64,000 bases of DNA from an uncultured Spirochaetota bacterium. GTDB lineage: Bacteria; Spirochaetota; Brevinematia; Brevinematales; JAOACQ01. The translations under genes were made by a program, and so were the position numbers. Positions 39,658 to 49,655 of this stretch are shown one piece after another. The stretch's first letter is position 1. Each line of letters starts with the position of its first letter. The notes below the pieces were generated by a model. It did not search any database, was not told the origin of the DNA, and saw only the letters and a list, made by a program, of their open reading frames with translations. The stretch lies in contig CAWAOD010000018.1 of assembly GCA_963783575.1 (NCBI GenBank), positions 140,210 to 204,209 of the forward strand, written 5' to 3'.

Positions 39658-39774
39658 TGAGCTTATGGTAAGCCCTTCGACAGGCTCAAGATAAGCTTGT
39701 CGAAACAAAGGGCTGCATCTATATTTTGATGTAATTCTTGATAAACGGAGATTAAAGATTGCTTCGGAGGTTTT

Positions 39775-41043
39775 ATGAGTATTTCAAAAAAAACTGTAAG
39801 GGATATTGATTTTAAGGGAAAGCGTGTGATTATGCGTGTTGATTTTAATGTTCCCATGAAAGACGGTGTAGTCCAGGATGACACAAGGATAAAGGCAGCT
39901 CTTCCAACGATTAATTATATCCTGGATCAAAAAGCAAAAAGCCTTGTGCTTATGTCTCACCTTGGCGATCCGAAAAAAGATTCTCAAAAGGCTAAAGAGA
40001 AAGCCGAAAAAGACGGGAAGCCTTTTGATGAGAAGAAATATATGGCTGGCAAGCATATGATGGTCCCAATAGCTGCATATCTGGCAAATCTGCTAGGGAA
40101 AGAAGTTAAATTTGCTCCCGATGCTCTTGGAGCCGATACAAAAAAACTTGTAGATTCCCTTAAAGATGGGGAAATTTTAATGCTGGAAAATACCCGTTTT
40201 CATAAGGAGGAAACCTCAAAAGAAGCTTCCGACCGCGAAAAAATGGCTAAAGAATTGGCATCATATGGTGATATTTTTGTTAACGATGCCTTTGGCACTG
40301 CACATAGGGCCCATGCTTCCACAGAAACTATCGCACATTATCTTCCTGCTGTTGCCGGCTTCCTTATGGAGAAAGAATTGGAATACCTGGATGAAAAAAT
40401 CGTTAAGAATCCGGCAAGGCCTTTCACCGCTATTATAGGCGGAGCAAAAGTTTCATCTAAAATTGCAGTATTGGAAAGCCTGCTTGGTAAAGTCGACCGC
40501 CTGATAGTCGGGGGCGGGATGGCATATACATTTCTTAAAGCTAAGGGGTTATCAGTAGGAAGATCTTTGGTCGAGGATGACATGATCGAAACAGCGCGGA
40601 ATATCCTTCAGAAAGCCTATGAAACGCACATCTATATTTATCTGCCGATAGATCATATTGTAACAAAAGAATTTTCTGCCGATGTGGAATCAAAGCATGT
40701 CGCCAGGGGAAATATTGATGATGATTGGATGGGCATGGATATTGGACCGTTAACTATAGAAAAATTCCAGGGCGCTTTAAAGGGCTCTAAGACAGTGTTC
40801 TGGAATGGGCCGGTTGGAGTTTTTGAATTCCCTAAATTCGCGAAAGGTACAATTGCTATTGCAGAAACATTGGCAAAACTACCCGATTGCATTACCGTTA
40901 TAGGCGGTGGTGATTCGGTTTCAGCGGTTAATAAAGCCGGTGTTGCCGGAAAAATGTCACATATATCGACAGGCGGGGGAGCATCGCTTGAGCTCGTAGA
41001 AGGAAAAGTTTTGCCCGGAGTCGCAGCTTTAATGGATAAATAA
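39775..41043 (+). CDS. pgk: Phosphoglycerate kinase
   Basis: RVDFNVP, LENTRF, NDAFGTAHRAH, GGAKVSSK and HISTGGGASLE motifs. Confidence 0.98.
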   Translation: MSISKKTVRDIDFKGKRVIMRVDFNVPMKDGVVQDDTRIKAALPTINYILDQKAKSLVLMSHLGDPKKDSQKAKEKAEKDGKPFDEKKYMAGKHMMVPIAAYLANLLGKEVKFAPDALGADTKKLVDSLKDGEILMLENTRFHKEETSKEASDREKMAKELASYGDIFVNDAFGTAHRAHASTETIAHYLPAVAGFLMEKELEYLDEKIVKNPARPFTAIIGGAKVSSKIAVLESLLGKVDRLIVGGGMAYTFLKAKGLSVGRSLVEDDMIETARNILQKAYETHIYIYLPIDHIVTKEFSADVESKHVARGNIDDDWMGMDIGPLTIEKFQGALKGSKTVFWNGPVGVFEFPKFAKGTIAIAETLAKLPDCITVIGGGDSVSAVNKAGVAGKMSHISTGGGASLELVEGKVLPGVAALMDK

Positions 41044-41059
41044 GAAAAAGGAGAGTACT

Positions 41060-41812
41060 ATGCGTAAACCATTTATTGCCGGAAACTGGAAAATGTATAA
41101 AACCATCCCTGAAGCATTAAAATTCGCAAAAGAGTTTAAAGAAACGGTAAAAGGATCAAAAGCCGTTGATATTCTTTTATGCGTTCCATTTACTATATTA
41201 AGTTCGCTATCAAAAGAACTTGAAAAATCAAATATCATGCTTGGTGCTCAGAATATGTATTTTGAGAAGGAAGGGGCTTTCACAGGTGAAATTTCCCCGG
41301 TTCAATTGATTGATGCCGGCGCAAAATATGTCATTCTTGGACATTCTGAAAGACGGCATGTCTTCGGTGAAAAGGATGATTTGATTAATAACAAGGTCCA
41401 TTCGGCACTCCAAAATAATCTTTTACCTATTCTCTGTGTTGGTGAACTTATTGAAGAACGGCAGTCGGGTAAAACAGAATATGTTGTAAAAACTCAGGTA
41501 AACGAAGGCTTAAAAGGAGTGACGAAAGATGACGTGTTAAAAATTACAATCGCTTATGAACCAGTTTGGGCAATTGGAACGGGTAAAACTGCCACCGCTG
41601 AAGATGCCGATAATGTTCATTCTTATATTCGTAAAATTATTTCCGATATATATAATAAAGAAATTTCAGAAAATTTAAGAATTCAATACGGCGGATCTGT
41701 AAAGGCAGAAAATATTGATTCATTGATGAAAAAAGATAATATCGATGGAGCTCTGGTTGGCGGAGCCAGTTTGAAAGTCGATTCATTTTCCCGAATTGTT
41801 CATTTTAAATAA
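41060..41812 (+). CDS. tpiA: Triosephosphate isomerase
   Basis: AGNWKM, GHSERR, AYEPVWAIGTG and YGGSV motifs. Confidence 0.98.
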   Translation: MRKPFIAGNWKMYKTIPEALKFAKEFKETVKGSKAVDILLCVPFTILSSLSKELEKSNIMLGAQNMYFEKEGAFTGEISPVQLIDAGAKYVILGHSERRHVFGEKDDLINNKVHSALQNNLLPILCVGELIEERQSGKTEYVVKTQVNEGLKGVTKDDVLKITIAYEPVWAIGTGKTATAEDADNVHSYIRKIISDIYNKEISENLRIQYGGSVKAENIDSLMKKDNIDGALVGGASLKVDSFSRIVHFK

Positions 41813-41902
41813 AAGATTTTTTAAATTACTTGATTTTAGAAATTTTTCTGGTAAAATTTAAGTAAGGGGATTTGAGTGGGTTTCCAAAAGGCAGGTATCT
41901 CT

Positions 41903-42088
41903 ATGTCTAGAAACTTTGATTTAGAGAGTGAAATGAAAGCTGTACTGAAGGAGATTATGGATTACAAATGGCTTGAAAGTGAGAAAATCGGAATGGATAT
42001 CGGAATGAGTAAAGCAGCTAAAGAATGGATCACTAAATATTACGATACCTGGTTTCAGTACAATGCTAATAAGTTTATGAAGGATTAA
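41903..42088 (+). CDS. Small protein resembling a standalone DUF4032-type domain
   Basis: EIMDYKWLESEKIGMDIGMSKAAKEWITKY pattern. Confidence 0.6.
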   Translation: MSRNFDLESEMKAVLKEIMDYKWLESEKIGMDIGMSKAAKEWITKYYDTWFQYNANKFMKD

Positions 42089-42290
42089 TATTACGAAAAT
42101 TATTTTCGTAACTAATTCCAATGCATGCATTTTATGTTTGACTATTAGTATTAATATGATGCCTTGAGAATAAATATTTTACAGTTTCTAGCACGGAAGT
42201 TTAATTGAAGAAGTTAACCATCAATTTTTCAATTCCTAAGGAAGTTATATTTAAGGCTTACCTCACTATTTTTATTATAGGTTTTTAATA

Positions 42291-44306
42291 GTGAAGTTTA
42301 TTAAATGGTTCATTGCTTTTTTATTAACTATATTGTTTATTCTGATAATTTTTTTTATATATATTGTAAACCGTTTCAATCCCCGAACGGCAGTCCTATT
42401 CATCTCTACTCAGTTACTAAACAAATATTCCCTGGATTTAAGTCTAAAAAAGGCGTCTATTGATTTTAGAAAAGGTATTAAATTAGAAGATGTAGAACTT
42501 ATAGATACACTTCCCAAAAAAAAAGTGATTCTTGTCAAAGCAAAGGAAATAAACATAAGGTATAATCCGTTAGAATTTAATAACCGTGTTATTGATATAA
42601 ATCAAATATCTGCTTCCGGAATTAACCTGTCTTATACAGAATTGACAAATATTGTTTCACTTCTGCGTTCAAGAATTTACATCAAAAAAAAGATTATAAT
42701 CCCAAAAATAAAAGTAAAAACAATAAATATTGATGATTCTTTAATTACTATCAATAATATTCCGGTTAATTATAGTTTAAAATATATTTTTAGTGATAGT
42801 CCGTTAACTTCTCCACTTAAAATTGAACTTAAATCGAGATTTGGTTCACTTGCTTATCTGGGAAACTTTAATAAAGGCAGCATTCAGATTCGGGATTTAA
42901 ATATAAAAATATTTTCCCCAGAAGTGCCGGAATTTATTGTTATTAATTTAAACGGGGAATTTTTTGTTATAGAAAGAGGGGTATTTAATATTAAAGGAAT
43001 TAATTTTGTTATTAATTACAATAATTATTTACTTGAATCCAAATCAAAAGTTGAAGGAATATTAGATTATAAATTAAAATCAATATCATTAAAAAGTTTT
43101 AAATTTGGCATAAATAAAAATGATTTTCATATTAATCGCTTAGATTATTCTTATCCGGAAAATAAAACTTTTATAAGTGTATCAAACTTAAATTTCAAGT
43201 TATCAGATTATTTCACAAATATTACAGGATCATTATATGGAAATATGGATTTAAATTTTATAAAAAATAATTCGATAACTAATCTTTATTTTAATGGAGA
43301 TATCTTTTTATCAAATTATTATAACAATTTAATTAAAGACCTAAACGGGGAATTTACTCTTGAAAAAAATAATTTAAAGGCAAAATTAAACGGGATTTTA
43401 TTTGGAGAAAATTTAATCCTTCAATTAAATACAGGCAATATTTTAAATGATAAAATTAGCATAAAATTCGAAAGCGATAACCTTGATGCTGAAAAAATAC
43501 TTGGTATTAGATCAAATTTTAATGCTTATTCAAGTAATAATATAAATAACCAGGACTTATCAATAAAGAAATTTTTAATAAACCGATCCGTACATTTCGA
43601 TTTTCATTCAGGAAATATCCATTATAAAAATATTAATTTTGAAAATGTATTTGCAAATTGTGAATGGAATAATGGATTATTAAGAATAACAGATTCTTCA
43701 GCAATAATATTCAGGGGAAAACTATCCATAAAAGGCATAATTGAGAAAAATATTTTTAATGGAGAAGCCAGTTATACAGGAGGAAGGCTAAAAGATTTTA
43801 CAGAACTATATCTTAAACAGGGTAAAAAAATATACGGGAAAATTGACGCGAAAAGCCATTTCAACCTGAACCTAGAAAATCCAACGGCAAGCACAGGAGA
43901 AATTAGCATTGAGGCAATAAATGGTGAAATCAAAGATTTTGTAATACAGGATAAAATCAGCAGTTTATTATTCAATATTCCACTGGATAATCTATTCTTC
44001 AACATCATACGATTATCGGGACATTTTCAAAATTCAACCCTGGAATTGAAAGAAATCTATTTTGAAAGTAAAGACATAAATATTAATGCCGCAGGTAATT
44101 ATTATTTAACAGATAAATCTATGAAGATAATTGCAGATGTAAACTTCTCAAAAGAATATTTATCAGGTTTACCGAATGTAATGCAGATTTTTACAGCCGG
44201 TTACGAAGACCAGGGAAGAATCCTGTTTCACATTTCAGCATCGGATTCAATCGATAAACCGAAAATTCTACTTATGAAAAGCATAATGAAGCCCCATCCC
44301 GAATAG
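42291..44306 (+). CDS. AsmA-like protein (N-terminal anchor, beta-rich body)
   Basis: N-terminal TM helix, long amphipathic beta-strand-rich sequence, AsmA-like C-terminal region. Confidence 0.6.
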   Translation: MKFIKWFIAFLLTILFILIIFFIYIVNRFNPRTAVLFISTQLLNKYSLDLSLKKASIDFRKGIKLEDVELIDTLPKKKVILVKAKEINIRYNPLEFNNRVIDINQISASGINLSYTELTNIVSLLRSRIYIKKKIIIPKIKVKTINIDDSLITINNIPVNYSLKYIFSDSPLTSPLKIELKSRFGSLAYLGNFNKGSIQIRDLNIKIFSPEVPEFIVINLNGEFFVIERGVFNIKGINFVINYNNYLLESKSKVEGILDYKLKSISLKSFKFGINKNDFHINRLDYSYPENKTFISVSNLNFKLSDYFTNITGSLYGNMDLNFIKNNSITNLYFNGDIFLSNYYNNLIKDLNGEFTLEKNNLKAKLNGILFGENLILQLNTGNILNDKISIKFESDNLDAEKILGIRSNFNAYSSNNINNQDLSIKKFLINRSVHFDFHSGNIHYKNINFENVFANCEWNNGLLRITDSSAIIFRGKLSIKGIIEKNIFNGEASYTGGRLKDFTELYLKQGKKIYGKIDAKSHFNLNLENPTASTGEISIEAINGEIKDFVIQDKISSLLFNIPLDNLFFNIIRLSGHFQNSTLELKEIYFESKDININAAGNYYLTDKSMKIIADVNFSKEYLSGLPNVMQIFTAGYEDQGRILFHISASDSIDKPKILLMKSIMKPHPE

Positions 44307-44387
44307 CCTATCATGAGTTTATTGAAAGGTTGTTCCCATATTTCAATTTAATTATATTTTCATTTTATATATAATGAGCAAGCCTTA

Positions 44388-45278
44388 TCAGAATGATACT
44401 GTATATTTTTTTAATAACCGGATGGGCACATAACTCATTTTTGCTTTTCGAATTCCATCGATTCCCATATCTTCTTCCCTGTTTACAAATAAATATCTTC
44501 CTGATATTTCATTCCGGACAAACAATTGGTTTATTATCTGGTAAGAACCGGTGAACGTATGATCCGCTTTCTCAAAATGGATTACAAATGTTGTGTCATT
44601 CAATTTTTCACCAAATATGAAAGCGATAATTTTTTCATCAATAATGATAACACCTCCGGTTGAAGACAACCGATCATAATTATCCAGAAAAGTTCTTATT
44701 GCAATTAATTCATCATCAACGGTAGGATCAGAAGATCTTTTCCCTGAAGCCCAATTTTCGGCAAGTTCCAGACATCCTTTTTTATGCTGTTCGGTATATT
44801 GTTCATATTTATAGTTATATGTCTCAGTAAATTTTTTTATAAAGCCCCGTTTTCCATCCAGGCGCCAGCCTTTCAATGATTCAAGAGATGAAGTTTTATA
44901 AATATAATCGAAGCTGTTTCTATCAGGTATGATTTTAACCGGCATATTTTTTGTATACTTTTTTTGATACTCGGGAATTAACCTGATTAAATGAATATTA
45001 CGGGCAACTCCATATTCCAGTAAAGATTCAAAAGTTTTATGGCAATCCATAAAGCCGATCGGCGGCATAAAATATCTTTCACCATGAATATGTGCTAAAA
45101 AAATTAGTCCCTCGTCAAGTTTTACATATAATAATTCTTTAGGCTTTGACCAAATAAAAATGTTTGTAAAGGTATATTCTGAAATACCCGGCTGACATAT
45201 AGTAAAACATTTTTCAATTAAATCTTTATCTTCTATCGTTATTTTCTTGAAATTCAAATCAGTCATATAAGTCCTCAA
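44388..45278 (-). CDS. DUF2156 / phosphatidylglycerol lysyltransferase-domain protein
   Basis: SEYTFTNIFIW, DYIY, HFEKA and VNREEDMGIDGIRKAKMSY motifs. Confidence 0.9.
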   Translation of the reverse strand: MRTYMTDLNFKKITIEDKDLIEKCFTICQPGISEYTFTNIFIWSKPKELLYVKLDEGLIFLAHIHGERYFMPPIGFMDCHKTFESLLEYGVARNIHLIRLIPEYQKKYTKNMPVKIIPDRNSFDYIYKTSSLESLKGWRLDGKRGFIKKFTETYNYKYEQYTEQHKKGCLELAENWASGKRSSDPTVDDELIAIRTFLDNYDRLSSTGGVIIIDEKIIAFIFGEKLNDTTFVIHFEKADHTFTGSYQIINQLFVRNEISGRYLFVNREEDMGIDGIRKAKMSYVPIRLLKKYTVSF

Positions 45279-45280
45279 TC

Positions 45281-45601
45281 TTAATTAATATTTGACAGCA
45301 TCCATTCAGAATATCTATCCCCAGCAAATAGTATCGGTAAAGCTATTATCTCAGGTAATTCATATGGATGGACAGAAAGAATCGCTTTTTCAATTTCAGT
45401 AAACAGTGAATCCCTCGTTTTCATCATTACCAGCCATTCAGCGGCTTTTTCCCTCTTTCCTTTCCAGCAATAATAGCTGATAACCGGTCCGACAATCTGC
45501 GCACAGGCCGCAAGTTTTAAACCGGTCACAGTATCTGCGATTTTTTCTGCACTAGACTCGCTATCTGTTGTAGTATTAACCTGAATAAATTTTCCATTCA
45601 T
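45281..45601 (-). CDS. cutA: Divalent-cation tolerance protein CutA
   Basis: KLAACAQI, SYYCWKG and HPYELPEII motifs. Confidence 0.95.
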   Translation of the reverse strand: MNGKFIQVNTTTDSESSAEKIADTVTGLKLAACAQIVGPVISYYCWKGKREKAAEWLVMMKTRDSLFTEIEKAILSVHPYELPEIIALPILFAGDRYSEWMLSNIN

Positions 45602-45669
45602 AAGTTATCCTATAATTATTAAATTATAACTCTTCTCATAAGGGGAATAGCAATTTCCTGCTTTTAGCC

Positions 45670-45724
45670 GCAGCCTGTGGTGAGTCCTCGGCAAGCTCAG
45701 GACAAGCCTGACGAACCAAAGGGT
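45670..45724. repeat. Uninterrupted REP-like element of the same family as the IS target sites
   Basis: tggtgagtcctcggcaagctcaggacaagcctgacgaaccaaaggg aligns with tggtaagcccttcgacaggctcaagataagcttgtcgaaacaaaggg at 39666-39712. Confidence 0.75.
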
Positions 45725-47187
45725 TAAAAATTAAATACCCACCATTCATCACAATTACGGCAAAGTAAGGGTGATTCAAAATCTCCTTTCCAATGCCTGC
45801 AATATGGCTCAAGAAGATTTTCCCAACACTTTTCAATCCCATCTTTAAGCAGATTATTAGAAAATAATAATCCATTATAATCCTGCCGGCAGAGAGGGAC
45901 ATCGCCGTTTGCAAATACTATCATATCATGCTTAAGGTGAAGGCAGGCAAATCTTTTGATTGGTGATAAATCCACAACTCTGTATTTTTCCAGCAAGCCT
46001 CCAAATGTATCAAGCTTTTTAATGATAATACGATCGGAAAAATCCCTCCATTTCTCGTAAAATTTCATAATTTCGTTTTCATTCAGTGTGGATCGTGTAA
46101 ATTGAATATATATTTTTTCTTTATCGGGAAGACTTTTTATTTTATCTTCGATAGACTCAAGATCCTCAATTGGTATTATTGGATTTAGGGGCTTTTTGTA
46201 TTTTGAAAAGTTGTCATTACCTGCAAAACTTATATCAAAAATAATTTTAACATTAGGTAAAACAATGGCTTTTTCAATCATTTCTGTCCGCATAAAACAG
46301 CAGCGGCTCTCAAAAAGGAATTGTATTTGTTTATAATTGGCAATGATATCAATTATTCTTTCAATTTCCGGGTATAGAAATGGTTCACCGAATAACCCGA
46401 TATTGACGACCGGATTTTTTGAAAAACTGGACACTTGATTGACAATATTTTCAAAATCTTCGATTTTCATATTAATATTGCGGGAAAGTTTATCTCCTAT
46501 AAAAAACTCGCCGCTTTCTCTCTCTGTATTAAGTTCAATTTCAAAATATGTGGGACGTTTTCTGATTATAGAAGGATTGCTGCCGATCATTTCTTCCAAT
46601 TGAGTAATATTATAATTTTTTGCATTCCGTTCAATTATGTCCTTCAATATCAGAAAATCATTGAAATTATCGGGTATGAAATTAACCCTGTATTTGATAA
46701 TCTTACATTCGCTAATAAAAATATTACAGTCATAAGAGCTTATATCCCTTTCAAATAATTCCTTAATACTATTTATAAACATACCTGTTCCTTCAGGAAT
46801 TGTATCTTTTATAAAACCGGCGACATTTCCTTCTATAATCTCAGGAAGAAGCCCCAAAGGAATATTTTCTGGATAGGTAAAATCAAAAACATATTCCTGA
46901 TGTTCGGCAAGCATTTTCTTTGTAGATTCAACATCAAGCAATGGAGAATAAGCATTCAGAATCATTATACTTTTATCTTTCAAACAGTCTGTCATGAAGT
47001 CCAGAAAATCATTTACAGATTTAAAATAAATATTTTTTATTCCCTGTATACTAATTTCTTTTTCAGAAAAAAAATAAATTTCTTCTGTAAGAATTTTTAT
47101 CTTTGAATATGTAATTTCAAGAAATTGACTAATGGATTCTTTTTCATGAATATTTTCCCTGTCAAAAAGAATAGCTGCAACTGGCAT
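45724..47187 (-). CDS. Spiro-SPASM protein (cytidylyltransferase-like N-terminus, degenerate radical-SAM domain, SPASM C-terminus)
   Basis: YSPLLD..., RKRPTYFEIELNTERE (no CxxxCxxC), GEPFLYP, DLSPIKRFACLHLKHDM..VPLCRQD..CRNCDEWWVFNF. Confidence 0.85.
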   Translation of the reverse strand: MPVAAILFDRENIHEKESISQFLEITYSKIKILTEEIYFFSEKEISIQGIKNIYFKSVNDFLDFMTDCLKDKSIMILNAYSPLLDVESTKKMLAEHQEYVFDFTYPENIPLGLLPEIIEGNVAGFIKDTIPEGTGMFINSIKELFERDISSYDCNIFISECKIIKYRVNFIPDNFNDFLILKDIIERNAKNYNITQLEEMIGSNPSIIRKRPTYFEIELNTERESGEFFIGDKLSRNINMKIEDFENIVNQVSSFSKNPVVNIGLFGEPFLYPEIERIIDIIANYKQIQFLFESRCCFMRTEMIEKAIVLPNVKIIFDISFAGNDNFSKYKKPLNPIIPIEDLESIEDKIKSLPDKEKIYIQFTRSTLNENEIMKFYEKWRDFSDRIIIKKLDTFGGLLEKYRVVDLSPIKRFACLHLKHDMIVFANGDVPLCRQDYNGLLFSNNLLKDGIEKCWENLLEPYCRHWKGDFESPLLCRNCDEWWVFNF

Positions 47188-47399
47188 TATTTTCTCCTTC
47201 AACAACAAGATAATGCAACCTGTTTCCATAATTATATAATGAAGAAATTCTTATCGCAATCAATTATTAAAATATAAATTAACATATTTATTGAAATAAA
47301 AAATTATATATTTTCAAGTTGTTGCAGATGAATAGCATGCTTTTTTATAAACATATTTAAAATTTTGACAATTATTCTATACTGATTGATTCTATAATA

Positions 47400-47415
47400 G
47401 AATGAACATTCATTC
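47400..47415. promoter_or_regulatory. Palindromic operator upstream of TetR gene
   Basis: gaatgaacattcattc immediately after tataat (47393-47398). Confidence 0.75.
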
Positions 47416-47437
47416 ACAGTTTGAAGGTATTGAGAAT

Positions 47438-48022
47438 ATGATGAAAGAAACGCCACAAGTTAAAAAAACGGCACTTCTAAAGGCATCACTTGAACTATTT
47501 TCGGAATATGGTATTCGTGACACGCCGGTGTCACAAATTGCGAAGAGGGCCAAAATAGGCGTTGGAACTATTTACAGGTATTTTCCAGGTAAGGATGCAT
47601 TGATAAATTCTTTGTATAAAGACATACATGACCGAATGATTCCTTTTATCCGCAAAGATTATTCAAAAAATAAAACTGTTCGTGAAAAATTTTTACTTTA
47701 TTTCGGAAATTTTATTCGTTATTTAGTGAAACATCCAACCGAATTATCATTAATGGGTCAGTATGATAATCATCCGCAAACCACTATCAGCAATCGGGAG
47801 AAAAATTCAAGCTCGGCTGAAATGGATTATGCATTAATTTTTAAACAAGCAATGGAAGAAAAATTATTAAAGGATCTTCCACTTGATATGTTGGGAGATA
47901 TTATAATGGGTATGGTCATTTCACTTGCGAAATTCTATAATAAAGTGGGTATTGCAAGTAATATAAATGAATCTTCAATTGATAAAGGGGTTGAAGTAAT
48001 ATGGGATGCTATTAAAAAGTAG
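47438..48022 (+). CDS. TetR/AcrR-family transcriptional regulator
   Basis: ELFSEYGIRDTPVSQIAKRAKIGVGTIYRYFPGKDAL HTH motif. Confidence 0.93.
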   Translation: MMKETPQVKKTALLKASLELFSEYGIRDTPVSQIAKRAKIGVGTIYRYFPGKDALINSLYKDIHDRMIPFIRKDYSKNKTVREKFLLYFGNFIRYLVKHPTELSLMGQYDNHPQTTISNREKNSSSAEMDYALIFKQAMEEKLLKDLPLDMLGDIIMGMVISLAKFYNKVGIASNINESSIDKGVEVIWDAIKK

Positions 48023-48040
48023 AAATTTTTGTAAAATAAG

Positions 48041-48056
48041 GAATGAATGCTCATTC
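48041..48056. promoter_or_regulatory. Second copy of the putative TetR operator, upstream of the flavodoxin-ferredoxin gene
   Basis: gaatgaatgctcattc. Its reverse complement differs from 47400-47415 by one base. Confidence 0.75.
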
Positions 48057-48129
48057 ATTAATTGGAATTTAAACTATTCAGATTAAGCTTTGATACTTAA
48101 GAAGAATTGAATAATAGAAGGGCTAGACA

Positions 48130-48919
48130 ATGAAGACCAAAATATTTTATTTTTCCATTACCGGTAATTCATTATATGTAGCCCGGGCAATTGCCGGAAT
48201 ATTAAGCGAAACGGAGCTTTTATCGATTCCAAAAGTTATCAATGCTCCTATTGAATCAGATTCAGACAGTATTGGAATAAATATTTCCAGTTTATGCATG
48301 GGGTCTCCCCAGAATGGTTGTTGAGTTCGTCAGGAAACTAAAACTGCAAAAAAGCCAGTATATTTTTGCAGTTGCAACATGCGGAGGAACACCCGCAGGT
48401 GCATTAGGCCGATTAAGAAATATTTTATATAAAAATGGGGTAAATATAAACTCAGGTTTTTTAATACAAGAAGATCTTCGTCTGGAAGGTGATAATAGAC
48501 CATCTGTCATTAATTTATGGAACATAAGCGGTATAAAACCTTTTCAATTAAAAGAAAGGCTTTCTGAAATAATCGATGTAATAAAAAATAAAAAAAATCA
48601 TAAACTCGAAATGAGTTCATAGGCAGCACGGATTTTAGGTAATATATTTCACAACATTGCTATCAAAAGATACAAAAAAGCCGATTTGAATTACATTCTT
48701 AATGATCAATGCAACCTTTGCGGCGTATGCACGAGAGTCTGCCCACGCCAAAATATCAGGATTGAAAATGGAAAATTATCATGGAACCAAAATTGTGAAA
48801 GTTGTTATGGATGTTATTACTGGTGTCCCAGGGAAGCAATACATCTCAGGTATGGCTTAAATATAAAGACGGGATATCATCATCCGGAAATAACTCTAGC
48901 GGACATTATATTAAGATAA
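48130..48919 (+). pseudogene. EFR1-family flavodoxin-ferredoxin, disrupted by a frameshift (near 48280) and an in-frame TAG (48620-48622)
   Basis: YFSITGNSLYVA, (GII)FPVYAWGLP after correction, CNLCGVCTRVCP / CESCYGCYYWCP and YHHP motifs. Confidence 0.85.
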
Positions 48920-49086
48920 AAACTTTAGCCTGGTAATTGCAGCATGGAATTATTGCAAAATAATAAAGCGTCCCCATATATTGGAAGCCAAATTAAGGCC
49001 AATCATTAATATTCTATTGGATCAAAATATTTGTTTTATAAAAAATTATGGTTACTTACTATAATTTATACCGGAGATTAAATTAT

Positions 49087-49430
49087 ATGAATTCAAAAAT
49101 AAATTTATGGATTATGATTTTGGCAGTTATTATATCTAATTTAAGCATACAAACTTTATATTGTCATCAAAAAATAATACAAATACTTTAACAAATGGCA
49201 CTAATCAGACTCAAAAATTTTATAATAATTGGGTAGCTTTTAGCCTTTTTACACTCATCATGATTTTTACATCTGATCCTTGGTATTATTTTGAATATGG
49301 ACACTATTTTGATCCAGAGGACGCATTGATTACTGCCGTTGATTTTGGCCGGAATTCAAATACAGAATCTGCCGGTTACTATGACTTTTTTAGTTTGGTT
49401 ATCGGATACAAAAGGCGAGTTTGGTTATAG
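49087..49430 (+). pseudogene. Possible frameshifted remnant of a secreted protein gene
   Basis: ATG at 49087 after ggag encodes a signal-peptide-like MNSKINLWIMILAVIISNL, which is out of frame with the 49161-49430 ORF. Confidence 0.3.
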
Positions 49431-49598
49431 ATTTTAAGAAATTGTCTTTTTTGTATGTATAATTCCTATCATCGTTGACAAATTCACAAACATATTGCGT
49501 TATACGATATGTCTCTAAATAATAATTGATAAGGGGCAATTATAATCACTCTTTTAACCATATTATTAATTATTTAGTATTATGCATATTTGTTAATG

Positions 49599-49627
49599 TT
49601 GACAGAAAAAAGCGTTTTATATAAAAT
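49599..49627 (+). promoter_or_regulatory. Sigma70-type promoter of ABC transporter operon
   Basis: ttgaca, 17-bp spacer, taaaat. Confidence 0.6.
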
Positions 49628-49655
49628 AAAGAATCTGTCAGGAGACCTGCCTAAT

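Larger units (their letters stand above)
37946..39716. repeat. REP-like palindrome cluster interrupted by IS copy 2 (halves 37946-37966 and 39658-39716)
   Basis: Left: tggtagcctgccctgagttga. Right: tgagcttatggtaagcccttcgacaggctcaagataagcttgtcgaaacaaagggctgc. Confidence 0.7.

Noticed and set aside
49431..49655. Cobalamin riboswitch or Fur box before the BtuFCD-like operon
   Set aside because: No B12-box or conserved cobalamin core is visible. The ataattg-N8-caattat dyad at 49522-49543 is weak evidence in such AT-rich DNA.
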